A stretch of DNA of 64,000 nucleotides, from assembly GCA_043228905.1 (NCBI GenBank), contig JBHGNT010000004.1:124001-188000 (forward strand). The letters are read 5' to 3'. The DNA comes from Azolla caroliniana (Eukaryota; Plantae; Polypodiophyta). The notes beneath the pieces were generated by a model that was given only the letters and a program-made list of their open reading frames with translations, did no database searches and was not told where the DNA came from. Numbering within the stretch: position 1 is the first letter of the stretch; each line of letters starts with the position of its first letter. Below, in pieces: positions 49,860-62,954 of the stretch. The translations under genes and the position numbers were made by a program.

Positions 49860-52000
49860 CTTTCCTATCTAGATGGTAAAAAGCATAATATGACTAGCGA
49901 AACAAAAGCATGTTAAATTCAACCTAGATGGTAGCACTTGGATTAATTTGTTCCTATCTCTAGCTACTCAGAGAATGATTACCAAGAACAATAATAGTTT
50001 AAAGGTGCCAAATTTTGAATAATATGAGTGTGTCCGTAGTTTTTGTATTAAATTCATACGTGAATTAAAATTCATGTTTAGTTTGATTTCACATAGGATT
50101 TTAAAGACATTGAGTGTAACTGCGTGGACATGTGAATTATAATTGATGTTTTAGTTTGATTTCGTATTGGATTATAATGACATTTAGTGTCAAGTGTGCA
50201 CTGTGTCCACGCACGCAATGTAATGTATGGTGCCAACTTCTCATACGGTAGAATTGGTGAAGTGGTTGATATGGTGGCGCGAAGTGATGACGAACATGGA
50301 GGTAGGGCGAACAAAGGTTTTTTATTTGTTTCTAATTATTTGGTAAAAGTTTCATTCTTTATTTCAATTAAACTTTGGGACAAAATATTTCCATAACCTA
50401 GAGTAACAAAAACCTTGTATAAGTTTAGCATGAGATGATCCAAAACTATACTTAAAGTAAAACAACGTTTGGGATATATTCCTTCAAAGTGCTTTCCTAT
50501 GATATGTCCCATGATGCACTTTTAACAAAGTCTTCATAGGACTAACTTAGTGTCTTATGATTAGTTTAAACTTCAAAGATCACCCAAAAACAAGAGTATT
50601 CCCAATTTATTGAAAAGCAACTAAACATTGTATCTTCTAGTCTAAGAGCATATTAGGAATGATTATGCCACACTACCTTTGTTCTTTATCATATTTGAGA
50701 CATTGTGGTAGTTTATGAGCTTGAACAACTGCAAAGTTGATTGACTAATGCAAACTTTTGAGTATATAAAATCAACCCTTGACAAGTCTTGAGCCAATAT
50801 GTTTCGGTCAAGGGTTCACTTGGAGGAGGATTATTGGATCCAAAACACGTTATCAAGCATCAAAACTTAGAAAGAGACGAACACTCAAGTGTCAGGCCAC
50901 TTTCAAAGAATATTAATGCAATAAAGGTTTACTATTGAAGTTGGGAATGAGTCATTGAGTGGTAAAGACAAAGGAAGAAATATGGAATACATAGTAAAGT
51001 GCATATTTGAAGTCAAAATGTCATATTTGAATCTCATCTTAACAATGTTAGAATACGTGTCGTGACATATACATTTGATTGTACCACCTTGTACTCTTTT
51101 TGTGGGATTTTATACAATGTATCATCATGCAAAGAAATAAATGGCACCTGCCACCACCTCGTAGTCCTTTTTCTCATGCTCCTCAATGTTCCAAAATAAT
51201 ATCTCCAATCTAGTACCCGCTGAATATGAATAATAATTGGATTGTATTTGAATGATACATGGTAGGCAAAATGAGGAGACTTTGCATGCATGCCATGTGG
51301 TTGTTCCTAATGTCATGGATCCATGCATCAACTTGTATTGAGATGAGTTTTCCCACACAAATGTAATTGTACTCATTTCAAATTTGAAACCACGTCGTCG
51401 GCATTAACAAAAAGTGCCAATGATCCTTTCGTAGGAAATCCTATCAAAGTTGGATAGAATGAAAAAAATGCATGCAAATCTTTCACCTTTGTCGATCGGA
51501 TTTGGGATTTTCTTTAGGTTATTGGAGCCCTAAAGCAATCAAATGATATCATTCCATCATTGATTGATAATATGCAAGAATCATCACAAAATAAAGTTAG
51601 GCTCCACAAGTTTTAGGAGTGGTGACACATTCGAGAATGGGGGGGGGGGAGGGGGGGTTCCGCCGTAAACATGTGAAGGGATGGGTTCTTCTTCGAGTGT
51701 GTTTCCGGACAATTAGACAAGGGAGAGGAAGCCGTGGGGATTGGTAAAACTTCAATAGTTTTGATTTGTGTGGCCGTGGGGGGAGAATCTGATATGATGC
51801 ATTTAACGACTACCTAAAAAGCTTGCTTTTTTTAAGGGTTCGCATGCCAAGTGTTCGGAAATCCACATTCTAGAAAAGAAAAGAGACATATGGATTGGTT
51901 GTATAAATGACTCAGTTAAAATCTGAAGAATTCAGTCATCTCCATCACCATCTCCTGCATCTCCATCGATCGACAAGGATATTTTGGTCATCAATCAGAG
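49860..52000 (+). repeat. Segmental duplication unit, copy A (upstream region of oleosin 2)
   Basis: Colinear blocks: 49860~54447, 50006~54871, 50045~56015, 50285~56269, 50340~62271, and 50783-52000~62955-64000. Confidence 0.9.
51285..51907 (+). promoter_or_regulatory. Oleosin 2 promoter with RY and ABRE-like motifs and TATA box
   Basis: CATGCATG 51285, CATGCA 51322 and 51471, CCACGT 51390, GCCAAGTGTT 51846, TATAAA 51902. Probable 5'UTR intron ~52004-52084 (gt...ttcacag). Confidence 0.55.
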
Positions 52001-52141
52001 AAGGTTCATCGTGTCTTTTCTTTAGTCGGCCAATGTGTGTTGTGTGATTTATTATTTGTCTCTAGTGTTTTTGGTGTTTCACAGCTCAGGCCAGTTGAGT
52101 AATCTGCTGCTTTTTCGTGCTGTCCCCTCGGATTCGTTGTC

Positions 52142-52639
52142 ATGGCGGCCCAAGAAGCTCGGGATCAAGCTGGACAGATGGCCGGGAGAGCCCAGGACCA
52201 GGCCCAACAGATGGGCGCTAAAGCACAGGAGATGGGCGGGCAGGCCGGAAAGCAAGCGAAGGGCGTGTTTCAGAAATTGAAGGAACTGATGCCCAAAAGC
52301 ACGGCCGGGTGGGTCGCGCTGGTTGCAATAGCCGGTGCCCTCGCCATTGGATCGGCCATCGTCCTCGTCATCCTCTCGCCCGTCCTCCTCTTCTTCAGCC
52401 CCATACTTGTCCCTGTTGGCATCGTGCTCTTCTTGTGCACTGCCGGGATCGTGGCCGCGGGGGGCACGGGCATCGCCACTCTCTCGGTCGCCGCCTGGCT
52501 CTACCGCTACCTCAAGGGTAGACATCCTCGAGGATCAGAACAACTCGACCACATCATGGGCCGCGTCCACAAGACCACCGAGCACATGAAGCACAAGGCT
52601 CAAGACGTGGCCGGACAAATCCCGATGCCAACAGTTTAA
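52142..52639 (+). CDS. Oleosin (single hairpin), 165 aa
   Basis: About 69 uncharged residues with PVLLFFSPILVP knot, then WLYRYLKGRHPRGSEQLD. Paralogous to both halves of 47595-48512. Confidence 0.95.
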   Translation: MAAQEARDQAGQMAGRAQDQAQQMGAKAQEMGGQAGKQAKGVFQKLKELMPKSTAGWVALVAIAGALAIGSAIVLVILSPVLLFFSPILVPVGIVLFLCTAGIVAAGGTGIATLSVAAWLYRYLKGRHPRGSEQLDHIMGRVHKTTEHMKHKAQDVAGQIPMPTV

Positions 52640-53901
52640 TGAAATTTGTCCCAGATGACAGACAACAACCAACTGCATAAATAAACAACCATTGTTTTTA
52701 AAGCGTCTTAAGCTCGGATCGAACACAACAAAATATTGAAGGACATATTGTGAGTTAGGTTAATCCTTGTTTAGATAGTAATTAATATTTATAAGAGTTT
52801 CGTTAAGGCTTTGTTCCCTTGCCTGTCTCTCATATTGTTCGAATCATATAAATTTTCTTTCCATTTTGTGCAAAATGTGATGTTTACTTTTGTGGTATAC
52901 CTTTTGTGGTCTTGCCTTTTTTGAGCTATTTGGATCACAAAATCACAAAATATTCTTCATTAGTAGTTTATTTATAACATATGTTGTCTGTCTCGTGTTG
53001 TTGACCATAGTTAACCTATTAGTTAATAGCCATCGATGTGGATATCTCTACTCTATGCATATATCCAAGCAACCCGTGGCCGGTTAATAATGACTACCCA
53101 AGGGAAAATGCGAGGTCATGTCACTATAGGAAGGAATTCTCAAGTGGGAAAACTTTTTCATCCACTTGTCCTCAATTATGGGAAGGTTCTGATCTTGGGA
53201 TTTTACACTTTGAGCTTTTTAAACTCTTTGGGCCTTAATCACTATTCACACCATAAGAAATGGTCTTGGTATATTGGTTGATACTTGTAGTTATGGTGGT
53301 GTTTTCCTATTTTTTGGGCAAAGACACGCATTACATTCAATTTCATCTAGTGCACTAGAATTTAGAGGTTTGAGTTGAAGAAATTCCTTGGTGGTTCTAC
53401 ATTTATGTGTTTTCGTATTCTATGTGGACACTAATAGAATTAATTGATGAAAAGATGAAAGAACTTTGTGATTATTGATGAAAAGATGAAAGAACATGAA
53501 TAAAATATATGGCAATGTCAGAGAAGATTCGATTATTGTTATTAGAATGCCAAACACATGCACTAATATAATACAGAGCTGAAAAATGTGAGGAATTAAT
53601 TGGTTGCTCATAGAACTTTCATGTGTGAACTGTCGAGGCCATCCGAACCATTTCTTCCATGTGACTTAGATCTCTGCCTTTGTGATCATATTCGACCAAG
53701 CTTCCACAAATCTTCGACCAAGCCTCATCTTGGCACAAATTTCTCTCACAACCACAATGCACTCTCAATTGCAACATTCATTGGTAAAGTTCTTGAAGAT
53801 CGAGAATCGTTACTCACTTTTACATCACTTTCACATGTATCACATTAAATATAATATTTTTGGTCTCATAGGTCATATTTGACCTCCATAATGATATAGG
53901 A

Positions 53902-53902
<1 letters not shown>

Positions 53903-53953
<51 letters not shown>
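53903..53953. repeat. (CT)n(AT)n compound microsatellite
   Basis: Directly visible. Confidence 0.9.
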
Positions 53954-53956
<3 letters not shown>

Positions 53957-54913
53957 TCAATGTGAGACGGGATGGTCAGTCACAAGTGATAATATTAGTT
54001 AGGTGACTATTTAACTTTTTGCCTAAACAAGTTTAACAGTTTGAGTATCGGAGTTTGGTATGATGCTTTGGGTTTGAACGCGTTCAATTGTATTTGAGTT
54101 GTGGTAACGTAACTTTTATGAATTTATCTGTACATTTTAAGAACCTATACAAGCTATCAAAGGTTGAAAAGCTTATGTGTTATGGATCTCTTTTAGATAT
54201 ATCCTTATTCTTTATAATCAAGGATGAAGGGGTTTAAAAAAATTGGCCTCTTAAAAAGTAAGAGACCTTCCAGATATAAAGGTTGAAATGCTCAAATGAA
54301 TGGGAAAGGAAGCACATGCATGGATACGTTATATGTTTAATGATATATTACAAAATGGCATGCCTTATGGTTAGAATGTAAATTGGATCAAACTTTTGCA
54401 TAAAGGTGGTGTAAATAATGTTGACAATGATTGGACATAATACTTCTTTCCTATCTAGATGGTAAAAGCATAATATGACTAGCAAACAAAAGCATGTTAA
54501 AATCAATCTAGACATTAGGACTTGGATTAATTTGCTCCTACATTCTAGGTACTGAAAATGAACAAGAACGAGAACGATTACCAAGAACAAAAATGGTTGA
54601 AAGGGGCTACAACCAAGCCTAAATTAGACAAAAGCTATTTTAAATGATGAGACCAACAAAAGTAATGTGTATTCAATGTAGAATACTAGTGAAAGTTGTT
54701 CTAGAAGAAAAACAAGAATAGTGACAAGTGAAGAAACATAAGCATCATATATCTTTTTAATAGTAATATAATTTTTTTCTAGTTTGGAAAAGTTTTAATA
54801 CCACACTACCAATTTGGTTAAGAATGTGTTTCAAACTTTAATTGTCATCATGGTAGTTTCCAAAACAATATGCCAAATTTTGAATAATATCAATGTGTCC
54901 ATTGCTTTTGTCT

Positions 54914-55995
54914 CTTTTTTTTTCCCAAAATGAAGCTACTTTCCCATTAGTTAGGTAGGATTATTACAAAGAGATTGTACAAGGAGGCTTAAACATAGAT
55001 CGGGGAATCTCCCTCCGATCAAGTTCAAGAAATTGAGACTAGTTACATCACCTTTCGGACTAACTACTTAGTGTAAGTACCTATAGCTAAAATAGTGCCT
55101 TGCAGTGATCGCTAGTACGAGACAACTCTTGGGGTCGACAACAAAGGGAGGGTGGTAGTTCCACCTCGGGCCACTTCCTGCCATTTCTGCCAAAAGTGCA
55201 ACCGGGCATTACCTACGTTAGAGGAATGGCTGCAAACCTCGTCCAATTGCCCTCGTAGGCAGCTAATAAGCGCAAACCATATGTCCATGATCACTTCCTC
55301 TAGGGGCCGCACCAGATCCTGGAAGACCTTTAGGCAACGCACTTTCCATACATACCACAAGGTGAAGCATGCGATCAGCATCCAAATGTCTGGGAACCTA
55401 GGGGATGCGGACTGCAAGCCTCTCTCAAAACGAATCTTGGCGATTTTTCCCCTCATGCATACGTAGCACCAACTATCCGCATTGAAGGCGTCTGTCCACC
55501 TATCAACAGAGTGCTCAAGCCATGCCGCAACACTCCACGATGTAGTTCCTTCCACTCCACATGCCGCAAGGAGGCGAGTCACTTTATCCCATACCTTTTG
55601 AGCGTGAGGGCAATCCCACAGACAATGCCTCAGAGTCTCAATAGGTGAATGGCAAAGTGGGCAACTTAACGGGCCGCCACGATTACCTAGCCATTCGCCA
55701 ACGGGAACCACATTATGACCGATTTGCCACCAAAAAAACTTTATCTTTTCTGGCAAGTGGAGATGCCAGAGAACCTTCCAAAAGGTAATGAGCACGTCAT
55801 CAGGGATGCCCAATGTACGCCAGCCATTGCATAAGGGGCCTTCTAGCTGCAATTGAAAAGCCCGCCCCAGTTTAGTGTTGTACTTGAAGAAATGGCGAAA
55901 TTTGCCATCATGGTTCCACAGGAAATTCCCTGGGTCCCATTCTAGTTCGACGAGGGGACGACAACCATATACCCATAACTTCCAATGGGGTAAAT
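54914..55995 (-). mobile_element. 5'-truncated L1-like LINE (zf-RVT region, poly-A tail)
   Basis: ORF 55112-55852 with FWKVLWHLHLPEKIKFFWW and CPLCHSPIETLRHCLWDCPHAQKVW. T-run at ~54915-54923 is the tail on the minus strand. Absent from the paralogous site near 50040. Confidence 0.88.
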
Positions 55996-56950
55996 ATACT
56001 TTAGTTTCTAATTATATTAAATTCATAAGTGAATTATATTTCATGTTTTAGTTTGATTTCAAATTGGATTATAAAGACATTGAGAGTCAAGTGCGTGGAC
56101 AGGTGAAATTGTAATTAATGTTTTAGTTTCATTTCAGCTAACTTGGGTTATAAATACATTTGTCATTGACTATTAAGTGTGTGTGTGTCCATGTGTTGTA
56201 ATGTAATGTATGGTGACAACTTCTCATGAAGTAAAATGGGTGAAGTAGTTGATATGGTGGTGAAGAGAGATGACGAACATGGACGTAGGGCGAACAAAGG
56301 TTTTGGATTGTTTACGATTGTTGAGAATCAAGCTCAACATAGCACAACGTGTGAACACACCTTTTGAGAATCCATGATTACTCAAAAGTCAAGAGGCACA
56401 CCACTACTCACTACACATTAACTATGTGTCATAGAATCATATTCTATGACACATAACTAATGAGTTACATATTCCCCATGACTATGAGTCTTCACATTCC
56501 CCAAGAGAGAGAGTGATTGTTGTTAAGTTAATGAAGAGAGAGGGTGACTCTATATAAAGGATCCTCCTCATACTTCATACTAAGTCGGTTGTGACTCCTT
56601 GTTATGCTACATTTTGTAAATCTCATTCTACGTGTGAAATATACACCTTCTTCTTGAGTATTCTACTTTCCTATAATTTATCTAGCTTGAGTTCTCTTTT
56701 CTCTCCACTCTTCTTCTCTCACACATATACACACATAACACACATCTATTCTGCTACACAAGAATCACCATTGATTCTTTACATGGTATCAAAGCGATTT
56801 GGTAGCTCGATCTAGCCCACTCGCCTCATCGTGATTGTGTGTTGTGCTCTACGCCAACGTTCAAGAAGAACCGGCTCATTGCTATCGTAGTACCACTACA
56901 TAGCTCGTGTTCGAGAGAGAAGGAAAAGAAGAAAGGAAGCTTAATCGACA

Positions 56951-59900
56951 ATGAATACTCAAATGGGGAGCGCTCTCCCTAGCGAGAAGTTGGATCAAAA
57001 CAACTTCGCATCTTGGGAGTACAAGATGCACCAATACCTTATCGGCCAAGGCTATTGGGGTTACATCAAGGGAGCACAAGAAAACTGACCTAAGCCGTAA
57101 GACGCCGACTATGCAACGTGGGAGAAAGCGGCAAGCCGAGTGATGTATTTCTTGGCGACATGTGTTCACGACCACATGCTCGGCTATATTTGAGAAGCTA
57201 GGACACCAAAGGAAGCGTGGGAGAATCTACGAAAAATTTTCGCTGCCAACACCACTGCGAGAAAGCTTCAACTCTGCCAAGAGTTGAATAACATTCAACA
57301 ACGGGATATGTCCATTACAAGCTACACCTTGAAGATCAAGGAGCTTTGCGACTTGCTCGACTCGATAAGTGTCAATGTGGACGATGATGAGATGGTGCAA
57401 ATATACCTCGGCAGCTTCGCACCACGATTCGGCGCGATGCGGACCGCCGTACTAGCACGGGAGAATCCGCCCTCCTTCTTCGATCTTCAATCCATGTTGT
57501 TGGTTGAAGAGAATCATGTTCGAACAAGGAACAACGCCTCGGAAGGCCAAATGCTCTACACGCATTCGAACGAAGGAAGAGGACACGGTCGTGCAAGAAG
57601 AGGTCGATTTGGCCAAGGATGTGGCGGGCGAGGCGGACAAGGTCCAATTTATGAAAACAACTCGCAATTTCGGCATCAAGACGGAAGCCATCGAGGAACC
57701 TTCAGAAGAAGCGGGAGCTTCCATTGCGGTCCGAACTGACAAAGCTCGGTCGAATGCGAATATTGCAGAAAAATCGGTCACCACGAAGAAGAATGTCGTA
57801 AAAAGATACACGAGTCGGCTTCCACTGGCCTACAACTCACCAACTACGCCATCAACTCCGATTATGATGATCACGGCAAAATGTTCGTAATGAGACATAG
57901 AGCGAATTCTATATCGGCCTCTATTTCTACTAGTGCCTCCGGTCTGGAAGACGTATGGTTCGTCGATTCCGGTGCCTCGAACCATATGACGTCGCATCAA
58001 GAATGGTTCCGAGAACTTCGAGAGCCGGACCGACCTGGCTATGTCTTGCATGTACCCGATACGGCACATCGGCAATTTTCCGTTCGGAGAAGAAGGTAAA
58101 CAAACTTATATTAAAAATGTCTTGCATGTACCAACTATCACGAAGAATTTGGTCTCCGTCGGCCAAATTGTAGAGCAAGGAATGCAAGTACGATTTAATC
58201 AAGGCGGTTGCTTCATCAAAAAAGAGGGCCGACTCATCGCTTGCGAATGAAGAGAGGGCCGAATGTTCATTCTTGACTCACACGGGATGAAATCGGCCAT
58301 GTTTGCAAAGGGCGTGAAAGCCGATTCCGACATAGAGTTATGGCACAAGCGGATTGACCATATAACTCTCCAAAAGCTCAAGGCAATGCAATCGAAAGGA
58401 GTCGTCATCGGGCTCCCGATACTCGCGGAGAAAGAGATTGAAGGCGTGTGTGCCGCCTTCGAATTCGGCAAGCAACATCGACACCCATTTTTGAAGGAGC
58501 GAAATGTGAGAAAAGGCGTACTCGTTGTAATTCATTCCGATGTATGTGGTCCGACTCAGACAGCGACATTCGACGGAAGCCGATACTACGTGACCCGATG
58601 CGACGAAAGAGCGAAGTGTTCGGACACTTCCAAAAATTCAAGAATAAAGTTGAGAAAGCCACGGGCCGACATGTACGATGTCTTCAGTCGGACGGAGGCA
58701 AGGAGTACTTCTCTGATGAATTTTCAGCGTTTCTACGGAAAGAAGGAATACAGCGAGAGTTTTCGTGTCGACATACGCGACAACAAAACGGAGTGGCCAA
58801 ATGCAAGAATCAGCACATCATCGAAGTGGCACGAGCTATGCTTAACGAAAAGCACATGCCGAAATCGTATTGGGCTGAAGCAGCTAACACGGTTGGCTAT
58901 CTCATGATTTGGTATATGACATCGGGTGTGCACGAACTTACTCCGCACGAGAAGTTCTTCGGAAAGAAGCCAGACCTATCGCATGTTCAGATATTTGGCT
59001 CCATTGCGTACGTGCACATCCCTGACGAGAAGTGTCAAAAGCTCGACCCGAAGTCGGAGAAATGTAGCCTCATAGGATACTCACTGGAGCAAAAGGGGTA
59101 CAAGTGCTACAACCCCTCAACTGGAAAATCTCACGTAAGTCAAGACGTTATTTTTGACGAGTCCGCATCTTGGTACGCACCAGAGACAACTTCGATTTCG
59201 ATTCCGCTTGACCCGGATTCCGCCGAAATAGAGATAGAAGCCGAAGATCGACTCACGCGCATGTTCGAAGAAAGCCCAATTACGACAAGGGTTAGTGGGC
59301 CACAAGAGCACATCTCTGCCGAGTCCGAAGATGGACAAAGGGAAGGCGAAAATGCCGGAGTATGAAGACGATCACTTCGACGGAAACAAATCAACTCACT
59401 CCCTCGATAGTGAGTTCGAAGGCCTTGAGTTCAGAACAAATGGAGCGGAGAACGTCGTAGTATCCGCAAACGAGAAGCTCCGCTGATCCACCCATGAAAA
59501 GAACCCCGTAAGCCGAGTCGGCTACAACGATTATATGGCGGAAACCTTTTCTAAAGCCACGAAGGACCCGCAATGAATCAAAGTAATGAACGAGGAGATG
59601 GGTGCATTATGCAAGAATGAGACATGGGATCTCATTCCCCATTCAGTGCACAAGAAGGCAATCGGTTGTAGATGGATCTACAAGGTGAAGTATAACGTTG
59701 GTGGCTCCGTAAACCGCTACAAAGCTCGACTTGTAGCGAAAGGATACGCTCAGACGCATGGCGTCGACTATGAAGAAGACCTTTGCCCCGGTGGAAAAGA
59801 TGACGACGGTGCGGACCATGATCGCACTTGCAACGGCAAAAGGGTGGCACCTGCACCAAATGGACGTCAAGAATGCCTTTCTTCAAGCGAATTAGATGAG

Positions 59901-61883
59901 GAGGTATACATGGTACAACCACCCGGCTTCAAGTCGCGCATTCATCCAAAAGCCGTATGCCAACTCAAGAAGCCACTCTACGACTTTAAGCAAGCACCGC
60001 GTGCTTGGCATTCGAAGATTACGCACTATCTTCATCAAATTGGCTTTCGAACGTCAAAATCCTACAACTTCCTCTACGTACGACACGACTCTAGAAGCTT
60101 AATTGTCATCCTCCTATACGTGGATGATTTGGTCATTGGAGGTGAAAGTCTAGTCGACATCAACAAGGTCAAGTCCCTCCTCTCCGGAAAATTCGAAATG
60201 ACGGACATGAAGGAGCTCCATTACTTCCTTGGCATCGAAGTAATTAGGATTCCGGCCAGCATTATGATCTCTTAACGGCACTACATTCTCCAACTGTTAT
60301 ACAAGTTCGGGAGGACGGAGTGCAAATCGATCGCTACGCCTCTCGATAGAAACCTCAAACTAGATGTCGACTTTGGCACGAACGAGTGCGATCCGACTCG
60401 ATATCATCAACTAATCGGGAGCCTTATCTACCTCACGATCGCTCGACCCGACCTTAGCTATCTAGTCGGACTCCGCAGCCAATTCATGCAAAAACCATGT
60501 GACACTCACTTGGATTGCGCTAAGCGAGTATTACGATACATGAGTGGCACAATGGATTACGACGTTCTCTATGCATCGGCCACACCAATACGACTCGAAG
60601 GGTACACATACGCGGATTGGGCTGGCTACAAAGCCGATCGACGATCGACCTCCGGATTTGTCTTCTCCCTCGGCAACAGAGCGATTTCATGGAGTAGCAA
60701 GAAGCAGCCTACCGTTGTCATGATGTTTTTCGTCCATGGTGAGAAAATCGAGTGGGATAGAGAAAACAGAGATGTGCAACATTGCACATGAACTTAGGGA
60801 AAATACAACATAGGGACAAATAAGCAAATGTAAAGTGTAAGGAGTTAAGGTGCTCTACAAAGTTGTTAAGTGTAAATGTGAGATGCACTTTGTAGACTAG
60901 AGGGAGGTACATAGAAAATGAGTGTAAGAGTGATGGGCATTGAGTAGGACGGCTAGAGGAGAGAGAGTTAAGGCCCATCAATCTCGAGATCGGGGCAAAT
61001 ATTCTCCTCTGAATGAAAGGGGAATTGATCACTCCTATTGTATTGTGCCTCACCCCTTACCACTATAAAAGGGAGTGAGGGGTCCCTTTTGAAGGGGTTG
61101 CCTATTTTGCGTATGAGAGGTACACCACTTAGTCTAGAGTTCTTACCGTTTTAGGGTTAGGGTTTCGTTTAGGGTTTCCTCATTCATCTTCGGTTAGGGT
61201 TTTCTCATAGTCGTTTGGTGTGGCCCATGCGGCCACCATTGTTGTAATCATTTGTTTGTTTTAATATAACTTGTTGAGTATCTTGCCTCCGCTGATCTCT
61301 CCCTCTATGTCATGGTCTTATTCTTTCCTCTTCTCCTCTTGAGCTAAGCTTCCAGATCATATCTTATTCTTTCTCCTCTACTCCCTAGTCCAAGATCCCC
61401 ACGGTCCCGCCTCGGATCCTACACGTACTCGCGGAATATCATGACACCGTCGCTCTTTTGAGTATGGAGGCGGAATACAGGGGCAAAACCGTAGTTGTGT
61501 GTGAAGCCGTATGGCTCGAGAGGATTTTGAAGGATGTAAGCGTTCCCATCAAGGATCTGACTCCCCTTTACTGCGACAACATGAGCAGTATTTATCTGGT
61601 TCGGAACCCGGTGTTCCATGCACGCATGAAGCATATCGAAGTGCACTATCACTTCATTCAGGAGCGTGTTCAAGTCGGAGATGTCGACCTTCAACACATC
61701 AATACAAATCTTCAAACAGTCGACATCTTCACAAAGGCCCTAGGAGCCGACCAACTTCGGAAATTCATGTCAGACCTTGGATTGATGATCCCTGACTTGC
61801 GAAGCTTGAGGTGGAGTACAAGCGAGAAGCGGATACCGAGCAGACACCGGAGATCGTCTGAACCGGATACCAACCCAAGTTGA
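56951..61883 (+). pseudogene. Disrupted copia gag-pol polyprotein
   Basis: Fragments spread over ORFs 57284, 57881, 58041, 58263, 58448, 59586, 60486 and 61458 in shifting frames. Confidence 0.9.
60716..61446 (+). mobile_element. Nested 731-bp solo-LTR-like insertion inside the copia RNase H
   Basis: TGTCATGAT...ATCATGACA inverted ends, 4-bp TSD CCGT (60712-60715, 61447-61450), internal TATAAAA ~61063. Removing it restores KKQPTVALLSMEAEYR. Confidence 0.9.
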
Positions 61884-62339
61884 GCTTGAGGGGGCATGTT
61901 GAGAATCAAGCTCAACATAGCACAACGTGTGAACACACCTTTTGAGAATCCATGATTACTCAAAAGTCAAGAGTCACACCACTACTCTCTACACATTAAC
62001 TATGTGTCATAGAATCATATTCTATGACACATAACTAATGAGTTACATATTCCCCATGACTATGAGTCTTCACATTCCCCAAGAGAGAGAGTGGTTGTTA
62101 TAAAGTTAATGAAGAGAGAGGGTGACTCTATATAAAGCACCCTCCTCGTACTTCATACTAAGTCAGTTGTGACTCATTGTTATGCTACATTTTTCTCTCA
62201 CACATATACTCACATAACACACATCTATTCCGCTACACAAGAATCACCATTGATTCTTTACAACGATGATATGGTGAATGTTTCATTCTTAATTTCAATT
62301 AAACTTTTGGGACAAAATATTTCCATAAACTATTACTTA

Positions 62340-62950
62340 ACTATATCTTAGTTGCAGCTGGCATAATTGGATTCCTCCTTCATTGGAATTCCCTACCTAA
62401 TTTTTATAGAGTAAGCAAAGAAAGAAACCATCTTACCATTAACATCTGTCCACCACCATTTTGCTAGATCCCACTCTAATTCCAATAAGGGTATACAACC
62501 ACAAACCCAAATATCCCACAAAGGATTTATATCTTTAGGATGGGTATGGTTAAGTAATAGTATTCGTATGCATTCAGAATTGGTGTTTTGGAAATGGTTG
62601 TGGGCTCTCTAGATTCCTTGCAAAATCATTACATTTAGATGGTTATGTGTCAATTATGCACTTCCCGTTTTCGAATGGATTAATATGGATGAGGGAAGCA
62701 AAATTTGCTCTTTTGGTGGGTTTCATTTGGAATCAATGCAACATGCATTCTGGAACTATATGGTCCATGTTCTGTTTGGAAACATATGTTGTGCCTCATT
62801 GATGTTGCGTATGGAACTAATGTGATTACATGGCGAAACGTCTTTTAGATGGATGTAAATGTAGAGAAGCATAATTATGAAAGAGAAAAAATATTATTTA
62901 CCCTTCAAATTAACGGAAGGCAAGTTAAGGATGTACAATATTCAATTTGT
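62340..62950 (+). mobile_element. Old L1-like zf-RVT remnant
   Basis: WKWLWAL*IPCKIITFRWL...ALPV...CSF...ESMQHAFW...VWKH. Replaces unrelated sequence at 50395-50780 in the paralogous unit. Confidence 0.65.
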
Positions 62951-62954
62951 CAAT

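Larger units (their letters stand above)
56319..62262 (+). mobile_element. Full-length but decayed Ty1/copia LTR retrotransposon
   Basis: 5' LTR 56319-56783, 3' LTR 61897-62262 (TG...CA), TSD ACGAT on both sides, PBS TGGTATCAAAGC (Met-i tRNA, 1 mismatch) at 56784, PPT GAGGGGG. Order gag, CEYCRKIGHHEEEC, WFVDSGASNHM, integrase, RT ([14 protein letters not shown]), RNase H, with many stops and frameshifts. Confidence 0.97.

Noticed and set aside
61150-61200. Interstitial telomere
   Set aside because: Only a few scattered TTAGGG/TTTAGGG motifs within a mobile element, not an array.
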